From an uncultured Lentisphaerales bacterium (GTDB lineage: Bacteria; Verrucomicrobiota; Lentisphaeria; JABSQK01): 61,854 nt of DNA. The first letter of the stretch is position 1; every line of letters starts with the position of its first letter. Below, one piece after another: positions 35,081 to 44,103 of this stretch. The stretch spans positions 1 through 61,854 of the forward strand of contig CAYLNH010000009.1 in assembly GCA_964384625.1 (NCBI GenBank), read 5' to 3'. The notes under the pieces were generated by a model. It saw nothing but the letters and a program-made list of their open reading frames with translations. It was not told where the DNA came from and made no database searches. A program made the translations under genes and the position numbers.

Positions 35081-35320
35081 ATCGTGGGACCGTCTCCTTC
35101 CCTGATGAACTCATTCACCGGGCCGACGAGCGACCCGGGGTCTTGAGAATCGAAACCAACATGCGCCGACAAGCCCAGCGACGGCTGGACTGGTGAACGT
35201 TCTGACGCTATGGTGCGGCTCTTGCCAACGCCAAGGGATGACCTACAGAACTGACATGCGCCCTTCGACTCCAACAAGAAATGCCGCATGGAGCCGAAGA
35301 CAGCCCAGAAGACGCGGGAC

Positions 35321-36622
35321 CTATTCATTGCAGTTGCCCATCTCCCGCGCCGGGAACTCGTCTCCGAGTTGCTCCAGCTTCTGCGCCAGTGCTGCGTGCA
35401 GTTTCTCGCGTTGACCGGCTGCCGCGGGATCGTCGATACGGTTGTCCATCTCGTAGGGGTCGCTTGCCAGATTAAACAGCTGACACGGGCCCTGCGTCAG
35501 GTAGCACGTGTACTTCCAATTGCCGAGGCGAATTGTGCGGAAGACGCTGTCCGGGGTTGCCGGAAAGAAAGTGCTCTCGTACTGCAGCAGGACGCTGTCG
35601 GCGCCGGCCTCTTTCGGATCGCGCAGGACGCGGCTCAGATCTTCGCCCTCGACGCCGTCCGGAATCGGCAGCCCCAAAACCCCCAACAGCGTCGGCATGA
35701 AATCGACCGCACTGATGAGTGCGTCACTCACCGTTCCGCCGGGCACCAGTTCGGGATAGCGGACCAGAAGCGGGATACAACTGGACTCTTCTTCCGGTCG
35801 CGATTTGCCGAGTCGCCCATGGCTGCCCATGAGATCGCCGTGATCCGAAAAGTACATCACCACCGTGTTGTCCAACTGGTCCATGTCCTCCAACTTCTGC
35901 AGGACGCGACCGACGTTGTCGTCCAGGTTCCTGATTTGCGCGTAGTACCCGCGCAGGACCTCCTTGAATCGTTCTGTGTGTTCGTTCTCGTGATCGAAGT
36001 TCTCCCGGAAATCCAGGGCGCGATCGGCATACATTGCCATGTAGGGCTCGGGCGCCTGGTTCGGCGGGTGCGGCGGTTCAATGGACATGACGTGGAACCA
36101 GGGCTGGTCGTCCGGCAGGGCGTCAAGCCATTCCAGGGTCAGGTCGGTCAGGCAGTCGGTCTGGTAGCCGTCGAACCATCGGAACGGGCCGGGGCCCGGG
36201 CCGGCCGCGTACATCGTGCGGAAAGGTTCATTCGAGTTCTCCCAGCCCTGCCAGACATCCCAGCCGGGACGGAAATAGGGCGACACGAAATGCGTCGGCC
36301 CGGCGCCGCCGGCCAGGTGCCACTTGCCGTGGTGGCAGGTGTGATAGCCGTGCCGGCGCAGGACCTCCGGCAACTCCGGCTGCATCGGCAGCAGAGGGCG
36401 GTGCAGTGAGATCACGCCATGAGTCGTGATATACTGGCCGGTGTACAGGTTCGCGCGGAACGGCGCACACAAGGGGGTGTTGGAATAGGCGCTGGTGAAC
36501 CGCATGCCCTCGGTTGCCAGCCGGTCCAGGTTCGGTGTTTCAACATTGGGATCGCCGGCACAGCCCAGGGCGTGCGCCCGATGCTGGTCCGAGAATATCC
36601 AGAGAACATTCGGTAAACTCAT
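35321..36622 (-). CDS. Cys-type sulfatase (arylsulfatase family)
   Basis: MSLPNVLWIFSDQHR ... TPLCAPFRANLYTGQ with the C-x-P-x-R formylglycine motif. Alkaline-phosphatase-superfamily fold. Start taken at the Met before LPNVLWIF. Confidence 0.8.
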   Translation of the reverse strand: MSLPNVLWIFSDQHRAHALGCAGDPNVETPNLDRLATEGMRFTSAYSNTPLCAPFRANLYTGQYITTHGVISLHRPLLPMQPELPEVLRRHGYHTCHHGKWHLAGGAGPTHFVSPYFRPGWDVWQGWENSNEPFRTMYAAGPGPGPFRWFDGYQTDCLTDLTLEWLDALPDDQPWFHVMSIEPPHPPNQAPEPYMAMYADRALDFRENFDHENEHTERFKEVLRGYYAQIRNLDDNVGRVLQKLEDMDQLDNTVVMYFSDHGDLMGSHGRLGKSRPEEESSCIPLLVRYPELVPGGTVSDALISAVDFMPTLLGVLGLPIPDGVEGEDLSRVLRDPKEAGADSVLLQYESTFFPATPDSVFRTIRLGNWKYTCYLTQGPCQLFNLASDPYEMDNRIDDPAAAGQREKLHAALAQKLEQLGDEFPAREMGNCNE

Positions 36623-37090
36623 CACAAATCTCGCTTGTATCGATTCGCCACTCCCATCTACCGTGAGTTCAGTTTCGTGCTTGTCCACTCAAACCGGAGC
36701 GCAGTTCCCGGGGCGATACCCCCCCGGGCTACGCCGTACAAGGGCGTTGCCCTTGGTTCCGGCAGGGCACCTCCAGGGCGCGGAAACGCGACGAAACGGC
36801 TGAAACCGACAGTCCCATCCGGCGCGACGACGAAGAGTTCCGATGGCTGCCCCAAGCTCAGCTTTGGGTTTCTTCGCGGAGAGCAGGAATCGAGCCCACA
36901 GCCCTTTTCGCGGCAGGCGTAGCCAACGGATCATTGCCTCGACAGAGACGAACCCGCGGGCGGCAGGAAGGCGGCATGGGAAAGTGCACACGCCGTCCAT
37001 CACGGAGGCATCACTTCTGGGCAGACCGCCGTCCTTGCGTTGTCGGCTGCGTACGTGTAGACTTCTGCTGAGTCCGGTTCCGGAAATGAA

Positions 37091-37175
37091 TGACGAACCC
37101 GTAGCCAATGACCAACCGCGTCACGACGTAGCCCCGACTCGCAAGAGGTCGGGGAGAAGACGGATGACCAATGAC
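37091..37175 (+). repeat. Hairpin repeat copy (gtagccccgactcgcaagaggtcggggagaagacggat) flanked by ccaatgacc direct repeats (gccaatgacc ... gatgaccaatgaccaatgacc)
   Basis: Core shared with 45883..45920 (35 of 38 identical) and with 19168..19193 on the opposite strand. Stem ccccgac / gtcgggg, 7 bp. Confidence 0.7.
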
Positions 37176-37177
37176 CA

Positions 37178-38083
37178 ATGACCAGATTCGACCCCAGCTG
37201 GACCTTCTTCAGTATCGACGTTGAGGTCTCCGCCGTGTGTGACCTCGACTGTGCCATGTGCCCGCGCGACCGCATCACCAGGCCGCAGGATGTGATGGCG
37301 GCATCGACCTTTATGACGTTGGCCGAACAGGCCGCAGTGTTGTCTTCACGGCTCACGCTGTGCGGCATGGGCAACCCGCTGCTCAATCCGTTGTGGCCGG
37401 AATTTGTCCGGACCTACCACAACTACGGCGGACAGATCGGCCTGCTCGTACACGCCGCCGGGTTGACCGGCAAGAACTGCGGGCAGCTCGTTGACAGCTC
37501 GCCCGACTTCCTTGAAATCTCTTTCCCGTCCTGTACCGCTGCGGTTTTCGATCGACTCTGCCCGGGCTGTTCCTATGACCAGTGTCTCAGGCAGGTGCTG
37601 AACCTGGCCGACAGCCGCACTCGCCGATTTCCGCTGGTCATGACCAGTGTCGAAACCAGACTCAACCCGAACGAAGCCGCCGACAGCAAGGCGTTCTGGA
37701 AGGAACACGGGTTGACGTCACGGACCTATCGCTGTCACAGCCGCGGACAGAACCTGGAAGCCGCAGACCTGACGGTTGCCGTCGCCCGACCCGTCGAAAC
37801 CTGCGGGCTGTTTGCCATCCAGGCCTTTATCAACTGGGAGGGCAAGCTTCTCAGTTGCTGTCACGATCTCACCAACGCCACGGTGATCGGCGACGTCAAC
37901 GAAGACCGCCTGGAAGACCTGATGCAGCGTAAGGCCGAAATTCTCGCCGGCGGCATGCCCTACGACATCTGCGGCAACTGCGACGACAGCCGCGCCGGCC
38001 TGCCCGTCCCCGACCAACCCTACATCGCCGCCGGCAAGTCCCGCTCGAAGTTTCTCCGCCAATGGAGCCGAAGGTCTTCCTGA
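37178..38083 (+). CDS. Compact radical SAM protein with a C-terminal SPASM/twitch-like Cys-rich domain; candidate anaerobic sulfatase-maturating enzyme, divergent from the sulfatase
   Basis: CDLDCAMC (CxxxCxxC) near the N-terminus. The C-terminus has LSCCHDLTNATVIGDVNEDRLEDL ... DICGNCDD (SPASM-like G-N-x-x-E-x-L-E-D motif between Cys pairs). Only 301 aa, compared with about 370-400 for canonical anaerobic sulfatase-maturating enzymes (anSME). Confidence 0.55.
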   Translation: MTRFDPSWTFFSIDVEVSAVCDLDCAMCPRDRITRPQDVMAASTFMTLAEQAAVLSSRLTLCGMGNPLLNPLWPEFVRTYHNYGGQIGLLVHAAGLTGKNCGQLVDSSPDFLEISFPSCTAAVFDRLCPGCSYDQCLRQVLNLADSRTRRFPLVMTSVETRLNPNEAADSKAFWKEHGLTSRTYRCHSRGQNLEAADLTVAVARPVETCGLFAIQAFINWEGKLLSCCHDLTNATVIGDVNEDRLEDLMQRKAEILAGGMPYDICGNCDDSRAGLPVPDQPYIAAGKSRSKFLRQWSRRSS

Positions 38084-38122
38084 CATCCCCGCGAGGCCGG
38101 CGCGAGGGCGCCGCTTGAGACA

Positions 38123-40105
38123 TTACCGGCGTGGCTTGCGAGCCGGCCGAAGGTTGAACTTGAACTCCGTCAACGCCATGGTCAGGCGCGGATGTGGATC
38201 GCCGTCGAGGAAGAGCTGAGCCTGCTTGCTGTAGTAACGGAGGTCTTTCCCGGTGGGCGGCGCCATGCCGCTGGCCATAAGATTGTCCTCGCGGCCGAGG
38301 ATCTGCAGCATCCGATGGGCGCGATCCAGGACCGACTTGTTCTGCGTGCGTTTGCCGATGGTGACCAGGGCCCAGCCGGCGGAAATGCGGACCTCGCTGG
38401 AGTCGAAGGTCGGCGGCATCATGGGGATCTTGACCACGGGCCGGGAGATCTGGGCGTCGAGCCGTTTGTAGACGGCTTTGCCGGGGTCCTTGAGCCGGCT
38501 CAACCCCCAGCAGGCGGCAACCCGGTCTCTGGCGCTCAGGAATTCCGGCGGTTTCTTGGCGTAATTGGTTCGCTCGAGCACTTTGAGAAACGTTCCGGCG
38601 AAGCTCTCCTGGTGAATCAGTCCCAACGAGATATTGGCCGCCCAGCGGACGTCGGCGTCGGTGTCGTTCAGCGTATACTTGATGATCCGGTCATGCCCTT
38701 TCCTGAGCTTCAGCCTGCCGACGGCTTCGCCGACACTGGTACGGACATCCGGCGCTTCGCTCTCCGCGAATCCGAGAATGGTGTCTTCCGCGGCGGCATG
38801 GCCGGCGGCAATGAGAGCGCGGATCGCGGCAGCCTGGTTGAGGTCGCGTGATTCCCCTTGGAGCCGGGCCTCGATCTGCGGACCGTAGCGTTTGCTGTCC
38901 AGCGCCGCCAGAACCAGGAAGGTATTGTAACGGGTGTCCTCATTCGCATGGTTGATGTGCGTGCCGATTTCGGCATCGACGGGGTACTTGCCGGCCATCG
39001 CAATGAGGCTTTTGCGGGCGGCAATCCGGGTCAACGGACTGCGGCGGTCGCCGGTGAGCACAATCAGTTGGTCGAAGGCCTGCACCACCGGGAAGAAACG
39101 CAGTGCCCCCGCCGCTTCGAGACGGACGTTAGGCCGTTTGTCTTTGGCGAGTGCGAGCAACTGCGGCAGCCGATCCTTCAAGGCCAGCCGGCCGATGGCG
39201 GCAGCGGTTTCGGCCCGGACGCTGCTCAGCGTGTCGCGGGACAGAGTCTCCAGAACGGCGCGGGCGAGCTCCGGCGACAGCCGGTTGCGGCACGATTGCG
39301 CCAGGGCCAGACGCAGGGCCGGCTTGCCCTGCCGGCACCAGGTCAGGACCTGCTCACGGTGCTGCGTGAGTTCGGCAAACCGATAGAGCGCGGGCGTGAT
39401 AACCGCGAGTTCATCGGCGTTCAGCTTGCGTTTTATCACCGGCTGCCAGACGGCGAAGGTGCTCTTCTTTGCGTTGGCCGCCGCGGCGCGATAGAGTTCC
39501 AGTCGCACCAGCTTCTCCTTCTCTTTGCCGGCGAGGTCCAGGAGGAGCTTGACGTCGGCATACGTCTGCAGTGCATAGAGTTTGGCCGCAGCGAAACGCT
39601 GACGTTTTACTTTGCCGGTTAACCGCGGCACAAGCACGTCGGCAGCGAGTTTGCCGTGCAATGCAGCCAGAGCGAGCAGGTAATCGCTGACAACCTGGGC
39701 GTCGGTTTCCTGTCTCAACCCGGCGACAAGCAGGGGAATGGCGGTGCGACTGCGGCAAATGGCGAGGAACGAAACGGTATTGGCCCGCTCCAGCGGGTTC
39801 TCACGGGTGTCGAGGATGTACTTCTGGAGGTCCACAGCTCGATCAGGCGTGTGCTGCGGCATCTCCAGCGAGAAGAACTCCTCCGCCGTGATCGGGCGCG
39901 TGGGCCAGGCGTCGAGAATGAACGGGTAGAAAACCGGACCCGGATCCAGCGAGTCGTATTCGTTGTCGCTGAGTTCCTGGAAGTAGGTGCGATCCGGGTT
40001 GATGATCTTCTTGAACTTGAAGAAGCCCGGCGGAAAGGGATCCTGCGCCCGAACCGCAACAACGGCCGGAAACAGGGCCAGCAAACAAAATAAACGCTTG
40101 ATCAA
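38123..40105 (-). CDS. Secreted HEAT-repeat (PBS-lyase-like) protein
   Basis: Signal peptide MIKRLFCLLALFPAVVAVRAQ. Multiple helical repeats with the ...VR..AA.ALG.. pattern (NVRLEAAGALRFF, DVRTSVGEAVGRL, DVRWAANISLGLI) typical of HEAT/PBS lyase repeats. 660 aa. Confidence 0.6.
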   Translation of the reverse strand: MIKRLFCLLALFPAVVAVRAQDPFPPGFFKFKKIINPDRTYFQELSDNEYDSLDPGPVFYPFILDAWPTRPITAEEFFSLEMPQHTPDRAVDLQKYILDTRENPLERANTVSFLAICRSRTAIPLLVAGLRQETDAQVVSDYLLALAALHGKLAADVLVPRLTGKVKRQRFAAAKLYALQTYADVKLLLDLAGKEKEKLVRLELYRAAAANAKKSTFAVWQPVIKRKLNADELAVITPALYRFAELTQHREQVLTWCRQGKPALRLALAQSCRNRLSPELARAVLETLSRDTLSSVRAETAAAIGRLALKDRLPQLLALAKDKRPNVRLEAAGALRFFPVVQAFDQLIVLTGDRRSPLTRIAARKSLIAMAGKYPVDAEIGTHINHANEDTRYNTFLVLAALDSKRYGPQIEARLQGESRDLNQAAAIRALIAAGHAAAEDTILGFAESEAPDVRTSVGEAVGRLKLRKGHDRIIKYTLNDTDADVRWAANISLGLIHQESFAGTFLKVLERTNYAKKPPEFLSARDRVAACWGLSRLKDPGKAVYKRLDAQISRPVVKIPMMPPTFDSSEVRISAGWALVTIGKRTQNKSVLDRAHRMLQILGREDNLMASGMAPPTGKDLRYYSKQAQLFLDGDPHPRLTMALTEFKFNLRPARKPRR

Positions 40106-40990
40106 GGGGCAGTCCTCTGGGCTGAACGCGAGTTCGTTGACAATACTCTGAACCGGAGCGAAATCAACTGTCCGATCAGCGCGGTCGGCGCGGCGGAACG
40201 ACCGGGATGTCCGTGATCGACGGCGTATCTTTCTTGAAGTGCTGCCGGACAGCCGGACCCAACGTGCGGCATTTTGCCGTCAACGCCATGCCGCTCGAGT
40301 GCCGCATGCCGACGGCGCCGCAGACAACCGGCCCGACATGGGCTTTGACGATATGGCGGCAATCGGCGTCGCGCGCCTGTAGCCACAGCCTCCGCGAAAC
40401 GTCTTCTGGAGCCCCCCGCGGCCTTACGCCGCGGATGGATAAGTTGTTCAGATCCAAGTTCGTTACCGCCTCAAACAACGAACATGCTCGTACCGCTGTT
40501 GAGGAGGTCGGGACCGGTGGGGTGGCCTCTCCTGATCAAACAACGTACTCCCCCGGCAGACAAGCTAACGGGGGTTTTCTCGGAATGGGACACTGGAATT
40601 GCAGAAGCTTGAGACTCAGTATCCCCGGCAATCCTTCCCGCGGCAGGTGGAGCTATATCTGCCGCGGAACGTGAGCCGTGGGCCGACAAGATGGTCTCGG
40701 CGGAAGTCTTTCCGCCACGGATTGCCGGGGGTTCGCGGCTCGCGGCAGGCGGTGGAATGGGCGTGTGCTGCAGCACATGACCATTTCGCCAACGCCCCCC
40801 CCGAGCCCGAAAACGGGCAACTCGGAGAGCGGGTCCAAGCATCCGGCCAAGGCGGGACCCCGCAAAGCGGGGCAAGCACGAAATTTATCCCGCCAAGACG
40901 GGACACGATGCTCGCATCGCTTATTCGGCACCGTCTGGCCGGACCGGCGCCTGGCCTCCGTCTCTGGCTGGAAAACGTACGCCGAGCCCA

Positions 40991-41027
40991 TCTAGATGGC
41001 GAAGAAGAAACCCGGCGGCCGGATACC
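40991..41027 (-). terminator. Rho-independent terminator of the VWA gene: 12-bp GC stem (cccggcggccgg / cggccgccggg) followed by a U-rich tract on the minus strand
   Basis: Minus-strand reading: cccggcggccggtatccggccgccgggtttcttcttc. Confidence 0.7.
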
Positions 41028-41080
41028 GGCCGCCGGGTTGTGCCACATCCCCCGTGAATGGGAGTGGGAGAGGAGAGAGA

Positions 41081-42217
41081 CTATTTGAAGGTGAAGTTCT
41101 TTTTCACCGCTTGTTTCTTCAACGATTCGACCATCGCTTCATCCAGCGACTTCTCTTTGCGGTCTTTTGCGCGCTTCTTCATCTCGGCGGCGATGTATGT
41201 CTTGCGCGCTTCGGAGAGCTCCAGGATCTGCTGCTGGATCTTCTCACGTTTCGCCGCCTGTTCTTTGACGTATTTCTCGCGCTCCGCCGGGGTCATCTTG
41301 CGCATGTTCTCCGGCAGTTCTTCCGCCTTTATCTTTTTGAGATCGACCTTGCCCTTTTTCTCGGCATCCACCAGATCCCAGCTTTCGTTACTGTAGAATC
41401 CGCCGGCCTTGGTCTGCGCCCGGGCAACCGCGGCGGACGGCGCCATCTTCCTGGCGTTGGCGTCCTGTTCCATCTGCATCGCAGCCCGCTTTTTGCCGCG
41501 CCGGCCGTAGCCGATGTAGGTTGTGTTCAGTTGCGCATTCAACTCGGCGATCTTCTTGTCCTGCGGCGCATTGATTCGGGCGACCGCTTTGTTGTGATCG
41601 ATGCTGACATAGCTGCCGTCGGCCAGCAAAGCGCCGTGTTTCCACTTGCCCTGAACGCCGACCTCATAATTGCCGCAGTGAATCGTGTTCACGACGATCC
41701 CATTCTGAATCGCGCCCTTACAGGCGTCGATGTACGATACCTTGCCTTGCGTGAACGGTTCGTTGCCGGCGATGAAGATCGCCTTGAGATCGCGGTTGTC
41801 TTTGCTCCATTGCAAGCCGCCGACCGCGTCCTTGATCACCCAGCCGCAGTATTCCTCGCCGCCGTTGGTGCGCAGAGCAAACAGCTCTTTTGAGACTTTG
41901 TCCAGATCGTCGGTCAACGGCACGATCTGGCGGATGTAGCCTTCGTCGCCACGCAACGAGCTCTTGCCGTATTCATAGACACTGACCTGCAGTACCGGGC
42001 GGACGCCGCCGCGTCTGGCGGTGGCGAATTCATTGACCACATTCCAGAGGTGGGCTTTGGCCTGGTCGATCAGTCCGGACATGCTGCCGCTGGTGTCGAG
42101 CAGGATGGCAATCTGGATTTTCGGCCGTTGTACCGGCGCAATCTTCCCGGCGTCGGCGCGCAACAGGCCGGGCGTGATCAGCAGGGCGGGCAGGAGGATG
42201 GTAAGCAGGCGTTTCAT
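41081..42217 (-). CDS. Secreted von Willebrand factor type A (VWA) domain protein with a Lys/Glu-rich C-terminal tail
   Basis: Signal peptide MKRLLTILLPALLITPGLLRA. MIDAS motif DTSGSM in IAILLDTSGSMSG. The C-terminus is a KAEELPENMRKMTPAEREKYVKEQAAKREK charged region. Confidence 0.75.
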   Translation of the reverse strand: MKRLLTILLPALLITPGLLRADAGKIAPVQRPKIQIAILLDTSGSMSGLIDQAKAHLWNVVNEFATARRGGVRPVLQVSVYEYGKSSLRGDEGYIRQIVPLTDDLDKVSKELFALRTNGGEEYCGWVIKDAVGGLQWSKDNRDLKAIFIAGNEPFTQGKVSYIDACKGAIQNGIVVNTIHCGNYEVGVQGKWKHGALLADGSYVSIDHNKAVARINAPQDKKIAELNAQLNTTYIGYGRRGKKRAAMQMEQDANARKMAPSAAVARAQTKAGGFYSNESWDLVDAEKKGKVDLKKIKAEELPENMRKMTPAEREKYVKEQAAKREKIQQQILELSEARKTYIAAEMKKRAKDRKEKSLDEAMVESLKKQAVKKNFTFK

Positions 42218-42481
42218 GTTCTTGGTCTCCCATGTAGGTTTCATTGATCAGACGCTGCACCGCGGTTGTTCTTAGAGCGGTCGATCCGGAATGCTTGAGA
42301 AACAATGGCCTTGATCGCGGCAGCAGATGTAAATGACCTGTAAAGCCGGGGTAAAACACGTGTAACGCCGCGCCATGAAAGAACGCCGGGCGTCCGGCGT
42401 CTACGCCACCACCCTTCAAGTCATGCCGGCGGCGCGAGGCTCCCTGAGCCGACCGCGTTCCGTGAACGGTTTCGACGGGTA

Positions 42482-42555
42482 CCAAGGATAGCTCAGTTGG
42501 GTAGAGCATCGGACTGTAAATCCGACGGTCGCAGGTTCGATTCCTGCTCCCTCGA
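42482..42555 (+). tRNA. tRNA-like gene with anticodon GTA (Tyr) but class-I architecture and two acceptor-stem mismatches; possibly a degenerate or non-canonical tRNA
   Basis: Canonical D arm (tagctcagttgggtagagc), anticodon arm (tcgga-ctGTAaa-tccga), 5-nt variable loop (cggtc) and T arm (gcagg-ttcgatt-cctgc). The acceptor 5' CCAAGGA against 3' TCCCTCG pairs at only 5 of 7 positions. Bacterial tRNA-Tyr normally has a long variable arm. A hairpin (gtggtctgaaaaaccac) follows. Confidence 0.45.
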
Positions 42556-42955
42556 GTGGTCTGAAAAACCACGCTGCCATTGGACGGCAACACGCAGGGC
42601 CGGATGAGAAGGGCAGATGCGGTGTCCGCCGGGATTGGGATGAACTCCTCCTGCGGGAGGGGGACGTCGCTTCCCGGCAGCGTGGCTGACTGCCATGCAG
42701 CGCGCGGATACCGTCGCCTTCAGAAGTCGGGACACCGGCTGCCGGACGGCACACCGGCCGCAATTGCGGCCGGGACGTGGCGTTCTGCCGCCGGAGCGAA
42801 CGATGGCGAAGGCGACTCAAGCGGCGTTCCGCAGTCGAAACGTGACAACGCAGATGACCCTTCTCTGAAGGTCTTTTTCGACAGATTTTCTCATCACGTC
42901 CGGCAAGTGCCGGACAGGAACAACACCAGACCGGGCAACCGGGAAAGGAAGGAAC

Positions 42956-44050
42956 ATGCTGTACATCAAAGTGCAGGCACACACCAAGGCCTTCCTGTTC
43001 AAGGACGGCGCCATCAAGGCAATCCTGGCTCAGGGACGGCATTTCATGAATCCGTTCAGTGACGTCAAGGTTGACCGGTCGGATGAACGCCAGTGCATGA
43101 TTCTGCATCCGGAGCTGGAGCAGATCGTGAAGTCCGGTTTGCTGGACGGTCTGGCGGACGTCGTGGACTTGAAGGACAACGAACGCGGTCTGCTGTGGAT
43201 CGACGGTCGTTTCAACCGCATCCTGCTGCCGGGGCTGCACGCCTTCTGGACGCAGTTCCACGACGTGCGCGTGGAGGTGGTGGACGCCGCCGAACCGCGC
43301 TTCAACCATCCGGAGCTGTTGACCATTACGAAGGCGCCGGGTGCGGATGCCGCGCTCAACGTCTTCGAAGTGGAAGACCGCCAGGCCTGCGTCTACTTCA
43401 AGAACGGCGCGTTCATCGACGTGTTGAAGCCGGGATTCTACGCCTTCTGGAAGAACGCCGCGAAGCTGAAGTTCTACCGCAAGGACATGCGTGAACGAGC
43501 CTTGGACGTGAGCGGTCAGGACATCATGACCGCCGACAAGGTGACGCTGCGGCTGAACGCCGTACTGGCGTTCCGTGTCGAGGATCCGCTGAAGGCAGTG
43601 ACCGCCGCGGAAGACGCCGACCTGGCGTTGTACCGCGAGGTCCAACTGGCTCTGCGTGCGGCAGTCGGCGCCCGTGAACTCGATGCACTTCTGACGCAGA
43701 AGGACGAGTTGATCGGCGAACTCGAAGGCGCCCTGCGCCGGAAGGCCGCCGAGTACGGTGTCGCCCTGTTGAGCATCGGTATCCGCGATGTCATCCTGCC
43801 GGGTGATATGAGGGAACTGCTCAACCGCGTCACCGAAGCCAAAAAGGCGGCGGAAGCCAACCTGATTGCGCGTCGCGAGGAAACCGCGGCGGTCCGCAGC
43901 CAGCACAACACCGCCAAGATGCTGGAAGGCAACCCGGTGCTCATGCGCATGCGTGAGCTGGAAGTTCTGGAGAAGATCGCGGCCACTTCAAAGCTCAACA
44001 TCGTGTTGGGCGAGAAGGGCCTGACCGATCAGATCCTGAACCTGGTATAA
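42956..44050 (+). CDS. SPFH/band-7 (stomatin/prohibitin-like) domain protein
   Basis: A band-7 core (VTLRLNAVLAFRVEDPLKAV ... ALRAAVGARELDALLTQKDELIGELEGALRRKAAEYGVALLSIGIRDVILPGDMRELLNRVTEAKKAAEA) with a C-terminal coiled coil. GGAAAGGAAGG RBS. The long minus-strand ORF 42416..43906 was rejected. Confidence 0.75.
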   Translation: MLYIKVQAHTKAFLFKDGAIKAILAQGRHFMNPFSDVKVDRSDERQCMILHPELEQIVKSGLLDGLADVVDLKDNERGLLWIDGRFNRILLPGLHAFWTQFHDVRVEVVDAAEPRFNHPELLTITKAPGADAALNVFEVEDRQACVYFKNGAFIDVLKPGFYAFWKNAAKLKFYRKDMRERALDVSGQDIMTADKVTLRLNAVLAFRVEDPLKAVTAAEDADLALYREVQLALRAAVGARELDALLTQKDELIGELEGALRRKAAEYGVALLSIGIRDVILPGDMRELLNRVTEAKKAAEANLIARREETAAVRSQHNTAKMLEGNPVLMRMRELEVLEKIAATSKLNIVLGEKGLTDQILNLV

Positions 44051-44058
44051 CCCATAAC

Positions 44059-44090
44059 CGGCGGGAGTCAGCAATGGCTCCCGCCGTTTT
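44059..44090. terminator. Bidirectional rho-independent terminator between convergent genes (SPFH and cupin): stem cggcgggag / ctcccgccg, followed by tttt
   Basis: Read directly: cggcgggagtcagcaatggctcccgccgtttt. Confidence 0.7.
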
Positions 44091-44103
44091 ACTTTCCTGA
44101 CAT

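Noticed and set aside
34780-35328. Two overlapping ORFs on opposite strands across the 50-bp palindrome, encoding an identical peptide
   Set aside because: The identical peptide (LLFGRWEAGFPAPEKQ) on both strands is a trivial consequence of the perfect palindrome. There is no RBS or conservation logic, so these were treated as noncoding.
36635-37181. Small ORFs (95 and 112 aa) in the sulfatase/radical-SAM spacer as candidate precursor peptides
   Set aside because: The translations are Arg/Pro/Ser-rich with no leader or core organisation or Cys/Ser-rich core, and they overlap the hairpin repeat. There is no RBS support. Not called, though a short unannotated peptide cannot be excluded.
40106-41080. 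Possible RNase P RNA, SRP RNA or tmRNA in the long ORF-free region
   Set aside because: I looked for the conserved cores (GGAAAGUCCGGGCU / AGGGUGAAA for RNase P; GUCAGGUCCGGAAGGAAGCAGC for SRP; tmRNA tRNA-like 3' end with tag ORF) and did not find them. It is left as an unexplained region only.
42416-43906. 496-aa minus-strand ORF overlapping the tRNA-like gene and the SPFH gene
   Set aside because: Antisense to a clear band-7/SPFH protein with a good RBS. It runs across the tRNA-like locus and its composition is skewed.
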